DNA from: an uncultured Methanosarcinales archaeon
Lineage (GTDB): Archaea > Nanobdellota > Nanobdellia > Woesearchaeales > JACPBV01
Direction: 5' to 3'
Length of the DNA stretch: 32,000 nucleotides
Assembly: GCA_964609455.1 (NCBI GenBank)
Contig: CAZSRD010000011.1
Location: forward strand, 1 to 32,000
Position 1 is the first letter of the stretch, and each line of letters opens with the position of its first letter. Below the pieces are notes generated by a model that was not told where the DNA came from, did no database searches, and saw nothing but the letters and a program-made list of their open reading frames with translations. Positions 7,016 to 16,583 of this stretch are shown one piece after another. The position numbers and the translations under genes were made by a program.

Positions 7016-7016
7016 T

Positions 7017-8510
7017 ATGAAAAGATATGATGCCATAGTTGTAGGCAGTGGTGCCAGTGGTTTATCACTTGCGCTGCTACTCGGAATGAACGGGCATAAG
7101 GTTCTGCTGTTGGAAAAGAACCCTTATATTGGAGGAGGGCTGTTTCGGTTTTACAGGCAGGGGGTTCCGTTTGATACTGGGTTTCATTTTACAGGTGGCC
7201 TGAATGATGGCGGTCTTCTTAATAATATGCTGAAGGTCCTGGAGATTAACGATGATATACAGCCAGATTTTTTGTCTGGGAAGCATAACCAGTTTATTGT
7301 TGAGGATGAGGGATGTGCATATAACTTACCGCCAGGGATACAGGATTTATCCGATAAAATAAAAGAGTATTTCCCGTGTGAAAAAGAGGCTGTAACTAAA
7401 TATTTTGATATGGTCCGAGATGTATGCTTAAACACTGTTACGATGGACCTGCGCACAATTTCTCTTACTGCGGATTCGCTTGACGAAGATTATGTGAGTC
7501 TTGATAATGTTTTAAGGCGTCTGACCGATAATGTCTCGTTAAGGGCACTTTTATCCGGATATGTCATGTGTCATGGTGTTAGGCCTACTGAGATATCATT
7601 CGCCAATCATAGCAGAATATGTTTTAACTTGTACGAATCAGTCGCTCGTATAAAGGACGGGGGCGATGCATTTATCAGGTCGTTTCGAGAGCGATTCAAA
7701 ACAGTTGACGTAGACATTCTGTGCGATAGATATATAACGGAATGTGCTGATGTTAAGAATTCCCGGGTAGGTCGGTTTGTGTTAAACAGCGGTGAAGAAG
7801 TTAGCTGTGATAATTGTATCCTTACGATTCACCCAAAAGAAATTTTGAAAATTTTGCCTCGGCAGTATTTAACCAAAGCTTTTATTAATAGGATTTCAGC
7901 ATTTGAATCGTCAGCGGGATTCTTTTCTATATTTGGAACCGCTGGAACTGTTGACATAGCTGGGGAGTCTGAGCCTGGAATTTGTTGCTTATTCCCGGTG
8001 CCTGATGTAGATAAACTGTTTGATCCACACTATAAGGGTAAGCCTGCGCTGGCAGTGCTTAAACATTACGAAATGGTAAAAGGCAAGTTGCTTCGTGTTG
8101 TTACCGCGTTCGAACCTTCATTCCCTGGGCAAGTTGAGGACTGGGCAGATTCTAAACTTGGGAAGCGACCAGCTGAATATCGAGAGTATAAAAAACAGCG
8201 TACTGAACTTATCAGGAATCGGATTCTAGAGCTATATCCTGAATATCAAGATCCTTTTCAGATATTGGATTCGGCCTCGAGTTTAACTTTCAGGGATTAT
8301 TTACATTCTCCTGATGGATCAGCATATGGGATTAAACAGAAAATAGGGCAATATAATCTTTTTGGAAAACTGCCTCTACATAACATGTATGCCGCAGGCC
8401 AGAGCTCTGTTCTCCCAGGATTCTTAGGGGCAATGACATCTTCGTTTATTATAGCAAGATCTATTGTTGGAAAAGAACGATACAATAATTTTATTAGGCA
8501 AAGGTTATGA
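7017..8510 (+). CDS. FAD/NAD(P)-dependent oxidoreductase, phytoene-desaturase/amine-oxidase-like
   Basis: N-terminal dinucleotide fold YDAIVVGSGASGLSLALLL...LLLEKNPYIGG. 497 aa. The start is 2 nt after the fabG stop. Confidence 0.7.
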   Translation: MKRYDAIVVGSGASGLSLALLLGMNGHKVLLLEKNPYIGGGLFRFYRQGVPFDTGFHFTGGLNDGGLLNNMLKVLEINDDIQPDFLSGKHNQFIVEDEGCAYNLPPGIQDLSDKIKEYFPCEKEAVTKYFDMVRDVCLNTVTMDLRTISLTADSLDEDYVSLDNVLRRLTDNVSLRALLSGYVMCHGVRPTEISFANHSRICFNLYESVARIKDGGDAFIRSFRERFKTVDVDILCDRYITECADVKNSRVGRFVLNSGEEVSCDNCILTIHPKEILKILPRQYLTKAFINRISAFESSAGFFSIFGTAGTVDIAGESEPGICCLFPVPDVDKLFDPHYKGKPALAVLKHYEMVKGKLLRVVTAFEPSFPGQVEDWADSKLGKRPAEYREYKKQRTELIRNRILELYPEYQDPFQILDSASSLTFRDYLHSPDGSAYGIKQKIGQYNLFGKLPLHNMYAAGQSSVLPGFLGAMTSSFIIARSIVGKERYNNFIRQRL

Positions 8511-9742
8511 AACTAAAAAGAGTAGTTATTTCCGGAGTTGGTGCGATTTCTCCTTTAGGCAGAAATGTCTCAGAGCTTATTGAAGGACTTGAGCAGGGAA
8601 GAAATGCCAGTTGTTATATGTCGGAATGGGAAGAATACAAAGGTTTACGTGGGCTTGTAGGCGCACCGGCAGAGATGAAAGATGAAAAATTAATCCCCAG
8701 ACAAAGCCGGCGATCGATGGGCAGGCTGAGCATCTTTGCTGTTCAAGCGGCGCAACAGGCCCTAGCAGATTCTCGTTTACCAGAAGAAATGCTTTCAACA
8801 GGGCGGATTGGATGTGTGATTGGTTCAACAACCGGAAGCGCAAAAAGCTTCCAAGAGACATTTGAAACACTGCTAGCAGATAAGGATGTGTCAAAATTGA
8901 CATCGATGAAATTCTTCCAGTGCGTGTCCCATACAGCGGCTATGAACGTATCTCAATGTGTCGGTATTACAGGTTATGTTATGGCTACTTCTGCTGCATG
9001 CGCATCTGCAGTGCAAGCTCTCGGCGTCGGTTTCGATTTAATTAGACTAGGCAAACAGGAGGCTGTTTTGTGCGGTGGTGCAGAAGAACTTCATCCTACT
9101 GTTACAGGATCTTTTGATATACTTTTTGCTGCATCTTCAAACTATAATAAAGACCCGCAGAGAACACCGCGACCCTTTGATAAAGATAGGGACGGCCTTG
9201 TGTGTGGAGAAGGTAGCGGCATGATTCTTTTGGAAGAATATGAACATGCACTCCGTCGAAAGGCAAAAATATATTCCGAGGTTATTGGCTATCATACCTG
9301 CGGCAATGGTTCTCACGTTAGCCAATCAGACCGCAGCGCAATGGCTTTTTGTATGAAAGAGGCCTTAAAAAGCGCAGATATTAAGCCAGAGGATGTGAAT
9401 TACATTAATGCTCATGCCACAGCTACGATCCAGGGAGATAAAGCAGAGGCTGAGGCAATCAGGGATATTTTTGGCGACAAAGTTCCTGTCAGCAGCCTCA
9501 AGGGAAATATAGGGCATACGTTGGGTGCATCTGGGGCACTTGAGTTAATCGTAACACTTACCATGATGAAGAAAAACCGAATTTATCCTACGCTAAATTT
9601 AGATGAGGTGAGTAGCGACTGTGAAGGGATTTATCATGTAATGAAGCCCCTGGAACACACCATTGACATTATTGTCAAAAACTGCTTTGCCTTTGGCGGT
9701 ATAAATGCGACATTGGTATGCAAAAAAATTAACACTACATAA
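8507..9742 (+). CDS. Beta-ketoacyl-ACP synthase I/II type (stand-alone KS, Cys-His-His)
   Basis: Active-site TSAACASA, plus INAHATAT and GNIGHTLGASG motifs. ATGA overlap with the upstream gene. Confidence 0.85.
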   Translation: MKLKRVVISGVGAISPLGRNVSELIEGLEQGRNASCYMSEWEEYKGLRGLVGAPAEMKDEKLIPRQSRRSMGRLSIFAVQAAQQALADSRLPEEMLSTGRIGCVIGSTTGSAKSFQETFETLLADKDVSKLTSMKFFQCVSHTAAMNVSQCVGITGYVMATSAACASAVQALGVGFDLIRLGKQEAVLCGGAEELHPTVTGSFDILFAASSNYNKDPQRTPRPFDKDRDGLVCGEGSGMILLEEYEHALRRKAKIYSEVIGYHTCGNGSHVSQSDRSAMAFCMKEALKSADIKPEDVNYINAHATATIQGDKAEAEAIRDIFGDKVPVSSLKGNIGHTLGASGALELIVTLTMMKKNRIYPTLNLDEVSSDCEGIYHVMKPLEHTIDIIVKNCFAFGGINATLVCKKINTT

Positions 9743-9755
9743 AAGAGAGGTTACT

Positions 9756-10037
9756 ATGGATGAAAAAGACATTGTCAATATGGTAAACGAGGTCTTTGAA
9801 GAGTCGTTTGAGATTGACAAGAAAGAGCTAGATCCGGCAAAGCATGTTTTTAATGATTTGGGGCTAGACAGCCTGGATACGGTAGATCTGGTTGTTGCCC
9901 TACAGCATAAATTCAACGTTAAGATACGAAACGACGAGCGTGTCAGGGATATTAGGACACTCGGAGATATCTATAAATTTATCCTTGCTCTTAAGAATGA
10001 GGGTATTTTAGAGCCGCCTACTGATAATAAAAATTAA
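9756..10037 (+). CDS. Acyl carrier protein (ACP-1)
   Basis: Phosphopantetheine site LGLDSLDTVDLV. RBS AGAGAGG before ATG 9756. The track start at 9705 overlaps the KS and lacks an RBS. Confidence 0.85.
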   Translation: MDEKDIVNMVNEVFEESFEIDKKELDPAKHVFNDLGLDSLDTVDLVVALQHKFNVKIRNDERVRDIRTLGDIYKFILALKNEGILEPPTDNKN

Positions 10038-10792
10038 TGAATGCACTAAAGTCAATATATTTGAATGTAAGTTTTTATTTATTATTTTTATTGTTCACTG
10101 CTATTTATATACCGCTGGCAATTTTTGTCATTTTTTTTCTGTCACTGTTTTCGTCAAAGCGCAGTTCAATGAAGCGGCTTCGTTTTGCGATTTCATGGTA
10201 CGGGTTTATAATAGTAAGTGTTTTGCCGTTTCCATTAGTGAGAATTCAATACAGAGATTATTTTAAAAATAATGTATCTGGGCCATATATTTTTGTTTGT
10301 AATCATCGTTCATTTTCAGATGGATTCTTAGTATCTAAGCCGTGCATTAGTAGTGAAGCTATCCAAGTAGTCAATACGTGGCCGTTCAGTATCCCGGTGA
10401 TAGGTTTTTTTGCTAAACTTGCAGGCTATCCAAGCGTTAATGAAATGCCATTTGAGCAGTTTTCTAAGAGAGTAACTGAATTGCTAGATAAAGGGATCTC
10501 AATTGTTGCTTTTCCGGAGGGGACTCGTTCGGGCGGAAAAAAAATAAATCAATTCTATAGCTCGATTTTTCGGGTTGCTCTAAAAGCGCACTATCCGATT
10601 GTGCCAATTTGTATTTCTGGGAATGAGCACATACCTTCCCGAGACACACTTCTACTACGTCCGGGCTTGATAAAAATACATAAGATGCCAGCCTTAGAAT
10701 GGACAGATTATAAACATATGAATGCATTCAAACTTAAAAATAAGATTCGCAATATTATAGCTTGTGAATTAGACGTTATTGAAAGGGCATAA
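10037..10792 (+). CDS. PlsC-type (1-acyl-sn-glycerol-3-phosphate / lysophospholipid) acyltransferase with N-terminal membrane anchor
   Basis: HxxxxD motif NHRSFSDG and FPEGTRS motif. Hydrophobic N-terminus. TAATG start/stop overlap. Confidence 0.8.
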   Translation: MNALKSIYLNVSFYLLFLLFTAIYIPLAIFVIFFLSLFSSKRSSMKRLRFAISWYGFIIVSVLPFPLVRIQYRDYFKNNVSGPYIFVCNHRSFSDGFLVSKPCISSEAIQVVNTWPFSIPVIGFFAKLAGYPSVNEMPFEQFSKRVTELLDKGISIVAFPEGTRSGGKKINQFYSSIFRVALKAHYPIVPICISGNEHIPSRDTLLLRPGLIKIHKMPALEWTDYKHMNAFKLKNKIRNIIACELDVIERA

Positions 10793-10794
10793 GA

Positions 10795-12039
10795 ATGGAT
10801 TTGACTAATCAAGACCGCTTGCGTGAACATCTCATTTATTGCAAAAAGTCTTCACTTTATTACAGGAAAAAATTAAAAGGGATTGATATAGATTCGCAAT
10901 TCGCAGCTTTCGAGAGACTGACCGAGTTTCCTTTTACTGATAAAAGAGATATCGAGAAGCATAACGACGATTTCTGTGCTGTGCCGAGGTCCAGTATTGT
11001 TGATATTGTTTTGTCCTCAGGGACCACAGGAAAGCCTATCAAGATAATGTATACTGAGTCTGATCTAAAACGGCTTGCCTACAATGAAGAGAAATCATTT
11101 CGAGGCTGCGGAGTTTCAGCTGATGATGTTGTATTACTGACTTGTACTATGGACCGCTGTTTTATCGCAGGGCTGGCTTATTTCCTCGGGATACGTGCAA
11201 TTGGAGCTGCAGCAATAAGAAACGGGCACGGTAGTCTAGAAAGTCATATGGAAATTATTATTAAGATGAATCCCACTGTGATTGTAGGAGTTCCTACTTT
11301 CTTAAGAAAATTAGGCCTGTACCTACAAGAAAAAGGAATTGATCCAAAAGAAACACCCATATCGAAATTAGTATGTATCGGAGAGCCATTGCGTGACATA
11401 AAGCTTAACTTTCTAAAAATAGGTGCTAATTTAGAGGGCTTATGGAAAGCAAAAGCCTTTTCTACTTATGCCTCATCAGAGATCGTTACAACGTTTTGTG
11501 AATGTAACGCTCAGCAGGGAGGACATTTGCATCAGGATCTGGCAATTCTAGAGATCGTTGATGAAAATGGCGTCGTGCTTGCACCTGGTGAAGTAGGGGA
11601 AATCGTAGTTACACCTTTAGGTGTAGAGGGAATGCCATTGATACGTTTTAAAACAGGGGATATCAGTTTTATGACTGATCAGGCTTGCTCTTGTGGCAAC
11701 AATTCTCCAAGGCTAGGCCCGATTTTAGGGAGGCAGAAACAGATGATGAAATTACGAGGTACTACCGTGTATCCACAGGCGATTTATGAGGTTCTTGAAG
11801 AAATTGACACAATAAACGAGTATTACCTAGTTGTTACTAGCGAGAGTGACCTCTCTGATTTTATTACCATACATGTTTCAGTAAAAGATAATACCTACAC
11901 AGCCGAAATGATACAAGATAAGCTTCAAGCTCGATTGAGAGTAAAGCCTGAGGTTGTTTTTGATGATGAGGCAAATATCATGCGACAGATCTATACACAA
12001 AAATCAAGGAAACCAATTCGGTTTATCGACAAAAGATGA
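10795..12039 (+). CDS. Adenylate-forming ligase of the phenylacetate-CoA ligase / coenzyme F390 synthetase family
   Basis: SSGTTGKP AMP-binding motif, ~414 aa, C-terminal lid-like region. Consistent with the COG1541-type family. Confidence 0.7.
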   Translation: MDLTNQDRLREHLIYCKKSSLYYRKKLKGIDIDSQFAAFERLTEFPFTDKRDIEKHNDDFCAVPRSSIVDIVLSSGTTGKPIKIMYTESDLKRLAYNEEKSFRGCGVSADDVVLLTCTMDRCFIAGLAYFLGIRAIGAAAIRNGHGSLESHMEIIIKMNPTVIVGVPTFLRKLGLYLQEKGIDPKETPISKLVCIGEPLRDIKLNFLKIGANLEGLWKAKAFSTYASSEIVTTFCECNAQQGGHLHQDLAILEIVDENGVVLAPGEVGEIVVTPLGVEGMPLIRFKTGDISFMTDQACSCGNNSPRLGPILGRQKQMMKLRGTTVYPQAIYEVLEEIDTINEYYLVVTSESDLSDFITIHVSVKDNTYTAEMIQDKLQARLRVKPEVVFDDEANIMRQIYTQKSRKPIRFIDKR

Positions 12040-13529
12040 AGAATACACATAACTGCAATAAAATAATGCCTTACGTAGAGTTCACCCGAAAAGAGATTGA
12101 TGATGCGGCCAAGAACAACAGGCTTCTAACTTTAGAAATTGAATTCAGTATTCGTTGCAATTTACGTTGTCAATATTGTTATGTTCCTGATCAAATCTCT
12201 ACTGAGAAAGAACTGACCAAAAAAGAGATACGCAGTGTTATTCTACAAGCGGAACAGCTTGGTGCAAGAAAAATAATTATTCTTGGTGGAGAGCCAATGT
12301 TTTATCCGCATATTCTAGAGATGATCAAATTTATAAAAAGTCGTAAAATGAAGGTAGAAATGTTTACAAATGGTTTTCAGATTACTGCTAATGTAGCTAA
12401 GCAGCTTGCTGATTATGGTGTGAATGTTGTTCTAAAAATGAGCTCCTTTAATGAAAACATAGAAGATATGCTCTGCGGCCAAAAAGGTGCTAGTAAAATG
12501 ATTTGGGACGCATTTCACAATCTAAAGGCCGCAGGCTACCCAGCTAAAAAAAATTCCTTATCGATTAGTGCTGTCATATGTCGCCAAAACGTTGATGAGC
12601 TGATTAATATGTGGCAGTGGTCGCGTGAACAAGGCATCGACCCTTATTTTGAAATGCTTACACCTCAAGGGCATGCGATGCAAAATGAATGGCTGAATGT
12701 AAGTCCTGCGAGGCTACACGAACTTTTCTCCGAGATCTCAAAAATTGATCGCTTGCATTATAATAAAACCTGGAATCCACAACCACCTCTAGTCGGCGGC
12801 CGATGCTTACGGCACCAGTTCTCTTGTTTGGTTAATTCATATGGTAATGTTACAGCGTGCGTAGGTGTGCCCATACCGGTTGGAAACATTCGTGAAAAAA
12901 ATCTTTCTGATATTATTAAAGACAGTGAGGTTATTCAGGATCTAAGAAATTACCGCTCTACCATAAAAGATCCCTGTCGTAGTTGCGAGAAAGTAGAAAA
13001 CTGCTATGGTTGCCGCGGAGCAGCGTACCAACTGACAGGAGACTACCTTGCCGCTGACCCTATGTGCTGGAAAAATACGGATCGTCAGAGTGAGATTGTT
13101 TTTTTACCAACTGCGGTAAATTCAATGATACCGCAGCAAGTCACGATGCGCGTCATTGATACTATCGACAAAGTAGAGGAGCGCATAGTGGAAGTTTCAG
13201 TAACAGTATCAAAGGACATGCCTTTTGTGAATGAAGACGGCATTGTTGATGAAGTGGTATACATCGAATTTATTGCGCAAGCGATTGCAGCACTAGACGG
13301 TTTCAAGAAAGCGGGAGCCTCTGGAGAGAAACCGGAAGGATTTTTATTGGGTGTTAAGAATCTTGAGATATTCGACCATGCCAAAATTGGCGACAAGTTA
13401 AGAATAACAGCGTTTAAATATGCACAATATGAAGCTTTCGGTGTAGTTAAGGGCCATGTTTATCATGGTAATAAATTATTAGCGCAAGGAGAGATAAAGA
13501 TCTGGCATGATACATCATGCCGCGAATAA
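12036..13529 (+). CDS. Radical SAM / SPASM-domain enzyme fused to a C-terminal hotdog-fold (dehydratase/thioesterase-like) domain
   Basis: CNLRCQYC radical SAM motif near the N-terminus. Cys-rich auxiliary-cluster region C..C..C then CRSCEKVENCYGC...C. The last ~130 aa (approx nt 13130-13526) show a hotdog-like pattern: VYIEFIAQAIAAL...GFLLGVKNLEI...GDKLRI...GEIKIW. Confidence 0.75.
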   Translation: MKNTHNCNKIMPYVEFTRKEIDDAAKNNRLLTLEIEFSIRCNLRCQYCYVPDQISTEKELTKKEIRSVILQAEQLGARKIIILGGEPMFYPHILEMIKFIKSRKMKVEMFTNGFQITANVAKQLADYGVNVVLKMSSFNENIEDMLCGQKGASKMIWDAFHNLKAAGYPAKKNSLSISAVICRQNVDELINMWQWSREQGIDPYFEMLTPQGHAMQNEWLNVSPARLHELFSEISKIDRLHYNKTWNPQPPLVGGRCLRHQFSCLVNSYGNVTACVGVPIPVGNIREKNLSDIIKDSEVIQDLRNYRSTIKDPCRSCEKVENCYGCRGAAYQLTGDYLAADPMCWKNTDRQSEIVFLPTAVNSMIPQQVTMRVIDTIDKVEERIVEVSVTVSKDMPFVNEDGIVDEVVYIEFIAQAIAALDGFKKAGASGEKPEGFLLGVKNLEIFDHAKIGDKLRITAFKYAQYEAFGVVKGHVYHGNKLLAQGEIKIWHDTSCRE

Positions 13530-13537
13530 GGAATTTT

Positions 13538-14206
13538 ATGAAATTATATAAAGTACATAAAAAAAGAATGAAGTTAAAATTGGTGATTATTCTATTCATG
13601 CTCTGTCTAAGTTTGCCAGTTAGTGTGATAGCCAGCGTTGAAGGTGTGCTAAAAGACCTTGAGACAAAGATGTCTGGCATAAGGACTATTGAAACAGATT
13701 TTGTGCAAGAGAAAGAACTAGCTATGTTTAAAGCTAAAATCATCATAGAAGGCAGCATGTATATCCAAAAACCTGGGCTTTTTGCCTGGCACGTCTATAA
13801 GCCGGTACGCTACTCTGCAATTATAGATGGGGATGTGATGCGCCAGTGGGATGAGGAGACAGACCAGACGCACAAAATATCATTATCAAAGAATCCAATG
13901 TTTAGCGTTATTATTACGCAGATGCAACTATGGTTTTTAGGGGCATATGTTGAGCTACTAGATGATTATAGCATAACAGTGCTCCAGCAGAATCCATTAA
14001 TGCTTACGTTCACCCCCCACGAAAATACGAGCGTAGCCAGCGTTATTGATAGAATTGAAGTTGTTTTCCGTGAAGATGAGAGTTACATTTCTCAGATACG
14101 CATATGGGAGAAAAGCGGAGATAATGCTCTAGTTAGCTTTATTAACACTCGCTTCAATCTCCCGATTGACCCAGTAATGTGGAAGGTAAAATCATATGTT
14201 CGATAG
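13538..14206 (+). CDS. LolA-like outer-membrane lipoprotein carrier family protein (periplasmic)
   Basis: Signal peptide, then a DFVQEK....G.MYIQKPGLFAWHV...IIDGDVMRQWDEE pattern typical of the LolA fold. ATG 13538 has AAGGA upstream; the track start at 13517 overlaps the upstream gene. Confidence 0.65.
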   Translation: MKLYKVHKKRMKLKLVIILFMLCLSLPVSVIASVEGVLKDLETKMSGIRTIETDFVQEKELAMFKAKIIIEGSMYIQKPGLFAWHVYKPVRYSAIIDGDVMRQWDEETDQTHKISLSKNPMFSVIITQMQLWFLGAYVELLDDYSITVLQQNPLMLTFTPHENTSVASVIDRIEVVFREDESYISQIRIWEKSGDNALVSFINTRFNLPIDPVMWKVKSYVR

Positions 14207-16583
14207 GTGTTTTTCCTGGCTATTTGACATGTTTCAACGTTTGAAATGGCTGGTTATTGCGTTAGTAGTGTTATCTACAGTCATTGCTATAGCTAACGTA
14301 GGCCGTATTTCTTTTGACAACAATATTGAGTCAATGCTTCCCAAAAATCAAGAGGTTCAGCGCATTATAGAATTTTTGCGAGAATCCAAGTTTTCAGACA
14401 ATATTGTTCTTTCTTTCAATCTAGAATCTAACGAATATAGTACGCGAGATCTTTTTAGTGTTGTTGATCAGGTAGCGCAATCTCTTGAGCCGCCTCTAGT
14501 AACAGATGCAACCAGTGGGATTTCTGGAATAGGCCCAGCAAAGGAGATAGTATCCTTTGCTAGATATGTCCCTCAGTTATTTGATAAAGAGGCTCTAGCA
14601 AATACCCGACAGAAAACCACGCCCGATGGAATACAGACGCGTCTCAGCCAGATATACCGACAAATGATTACTCCTGCGGGTACATTTATGAAATCTTCTG
14701 TGCAGACTGACCCGCTAGGGATATCTTTTCAGATGCTAGATAAGGTTAAAAAGCTTTCTTCATCTCTTGGATATGATGTTACGTTTGACCAAGGCCATTT
14801 TGTTAGCCACGATGGAAAACATGCTCTGCTTTTCGTGGAAACACCTATAACTCTCACTGATGGGTTCGGCTCGCGGGAACTTATTGCATACCTGAAGGAA
14901 AAGCTGAAAGTGTTGCCATCTTATATTTCTGTAGATATCATTGCCGGCCATCTACATACAGTAAGCAATGAGGATGTTATCAAGAGAGATATACGACTAA
15001 TGTTGGCTATAGCGACTGTAGCTTTCTTTTTATTATTTCTAATTGTACTTCGTAACCTCAAAGCTATAATGATATTTTTAGTGCCACTAGCATCGGTTCT
15101 TGTTGCCATAAATCTTTCACTACTAGTCTATAAAAAGCTGTCTTATTTCATAATCGGCATGGGCGCTGTTATTGTAGGGATTGCGATAGATTACGGCATT
15201 CATGTTTACATAGCTGTGCGTGCTATGGGTGGTAAGCCAGAGGTTGTTAAGCGCGTAGCGAAACCGGTAGTTACTGGGGCCCTGACTACCATAGGCGTTT
15301 TTGCTGCGTTCTTGTTTTCAAGTGTTTCCGGTTATCGCCAGTTAGGCCTGTTCGCGATTATCAGTATTGCCATATGTCTTCTTTATGCCTTATTTATTTT
15401 ACCGCATTTTCTAAGTAATTGGCGCAGGAGCGAGATTAAAGATAAAGTTATACACAGCCTTTTCGACAAGCATAATGCTTTTAATGGCATCATAACATCT
15501 GTATGGCTTGTGGTTATGATTCTAGCAATAGTGATGTCATCTCGTATTGTTTTTAATAATGACATTAAGCAATTCGATGGGGCAGAACCTAGGATTATGC
15601 AATCTGAAGAGAGGTTTAATCGGATATGGGCGCGGAAAGACATACCAGCAATTATGGTTGTTTCAGGTGAAACAATGGATGACGCTTTAAGGCAAAATGA
15701 GTTGATTTACCGAGAAATTGTTGCAAAAATAGGTGAAGAAAATATTACAAGCGTTGTCGGGGTATGGCCTTCAGCACAAAGCCGAGTAGCCAATATTGAA
15801 CGCTGGAATACGTTCTGGCAAAGCGGCCAGGAAGAAAAACTGAAGAATATGTTCCGGGAGTATGGATCTAAATATAATTTTAGCGAAGAAGCATTTGAGC
15901 CATTTTTTAATAACTTGTATGCGGACACCAAAGAACCTGTTTTCCTTGAGAGGTTAAAAAAGAAGTTTATATTTGAAAAACAGAACGGATACCAGGTATT
16001 ATCTTTTTTCCCTGATAAAGAACAGTATGTTACAGAAATTTTGGCTATGACTAAAAAAAGACCAGATATATTCATAGTTTCCCGAAGAACGCTTTCTGAC
16101 ATGATATCGCGCTCGATTTCTTCAGAAGCCCTTTTTGTTCTAGTGATAGCAGGATTTTTCATCTTGGCTCTGACGTTTTTACTATTGCAAAACGTGCGAC
16201 TAGCTTTTATTGCTCTAATTCCAGTTTTAAGTGGTGTTCTAGGTATTTTAGGCATATTTTCACTATTTAAAATACCGCTTACTGTGCCTGCAATAGTAGC
16301 TGGCATGGTTGTTGTAGGTCTCAGTATTGATTATGGAATATTCATGGTCTACAAGCACAGATGCAAATTAAATGTTGAGACACCAAAGGCAGTGGCGATT
16401 TCAGCTGTTACGACACTTATAGGAGCGGGGGTTCTTTTATTTTCCAAACACCCCGTACTTTTTTCTATCGGCTTAACAATGACGATAGGCGTTTCCATAG
16501 GATGTATAACTTCGTTAATAGTTGTACCATCAGCCTATGCGCTATGGGTGGGTAAGGAGAAAAAGGGTGTGTTGCAGACATGA
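14196..16583 (+). CDS. MMPL/RND-superfamily membrane exporter
   Basis: 795 aa with two blocks of ~6 hydrophobic helices (approx residues 270-400 and 640-790) separated by large soluble domains. Sits where APE-type clusters have their MMPL exporter. Confidence 0.75.
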   Translation: MFDRCFSWLFDMFQRLKWLVIALVVLSTVIAIANVGRISFDNNIESMLPKNQEVQRIIEFLRESKFSDNIVLSFNLESNEYSTRDLFSVVDQVAQSLEPPLVTDATSGISGIGPAKEIVSFARYVPQLFDKEALANTRQKTTPDGIQTRLSQIYRQMITPAGTFMKSSVQTDPLGISFQMLDKVKKLSSSLGYDVTFDQGHFVSHDGKHALLFVETPITLTDGFGSRELIAYLKEKLKVLPSYISVDIIAGHLHTVSNEDVIKRDIRLMLAIATVAFFLLFLIVLRNLKAIMIFLVPLASVLVAINLSLLVYKKLSYFIIGMGAVIVGIAIDYGIHVYIAVRAMGGKPEVVKRVAKPVVTGALTTIGVFAAFLFSSVSGYRQLGLFAIISIAICLLYALFILPHFLSNWRRSEIKDKVIHSLFDKHNAFNGIITSVWLVVMILAIVMSSRIVFNNDIKQFDGAEPRIMQSEERFNRIWARKDIPAIMVVSGETMDDALRQNELIYREIVAKIGEENITSVVGVWPSAQSRVANIERWNTFWQSGQEEKLKNMFREYGSKYNFSEEAFEPFFNNLYADTKEPVFLERLKKKFIFEKQNGYQVLSFFPDKEQYVTEILAMTKKRPDIFIVSRRTLSDMISRSISSEALFVLVIAGFFILALTFLLLQNVRLAFIALIPVLSGVLGILGIFSLFKIPLTVPAIVAGMVVVGLSIDYGIFMVYKHRCKLNVETPKAVAISAVTTLIGAGVLLFSKHPVLFSIGLTMTIGVSIGCITSLIVVPSAYALWVGKEKKGVLQT

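Noticed and set aside
12036-13529. Interpreting the SPASM radical SAM as a RiPP maturase, with the mini-ORF at 4908 or another small ORF as precursor
   Set aside because: No precursor-like small ORF, peptidase or RiPP recognition-element protein is adjacent. The gene is translationally coupled to lipid genes and fused to a hotdog domain. The mini-ORF is 7 kb away, behind its own terminator.
15707-16306. 199 aa minus-strand ORF, the longest antisense ORF
   Set aside because: It is fully embedded opposite the MMPL exporter gene, whose frame shows coherent TM and soluble domain architecture. The antisense product has no motif, no signal of conservation visible here and no RBS.
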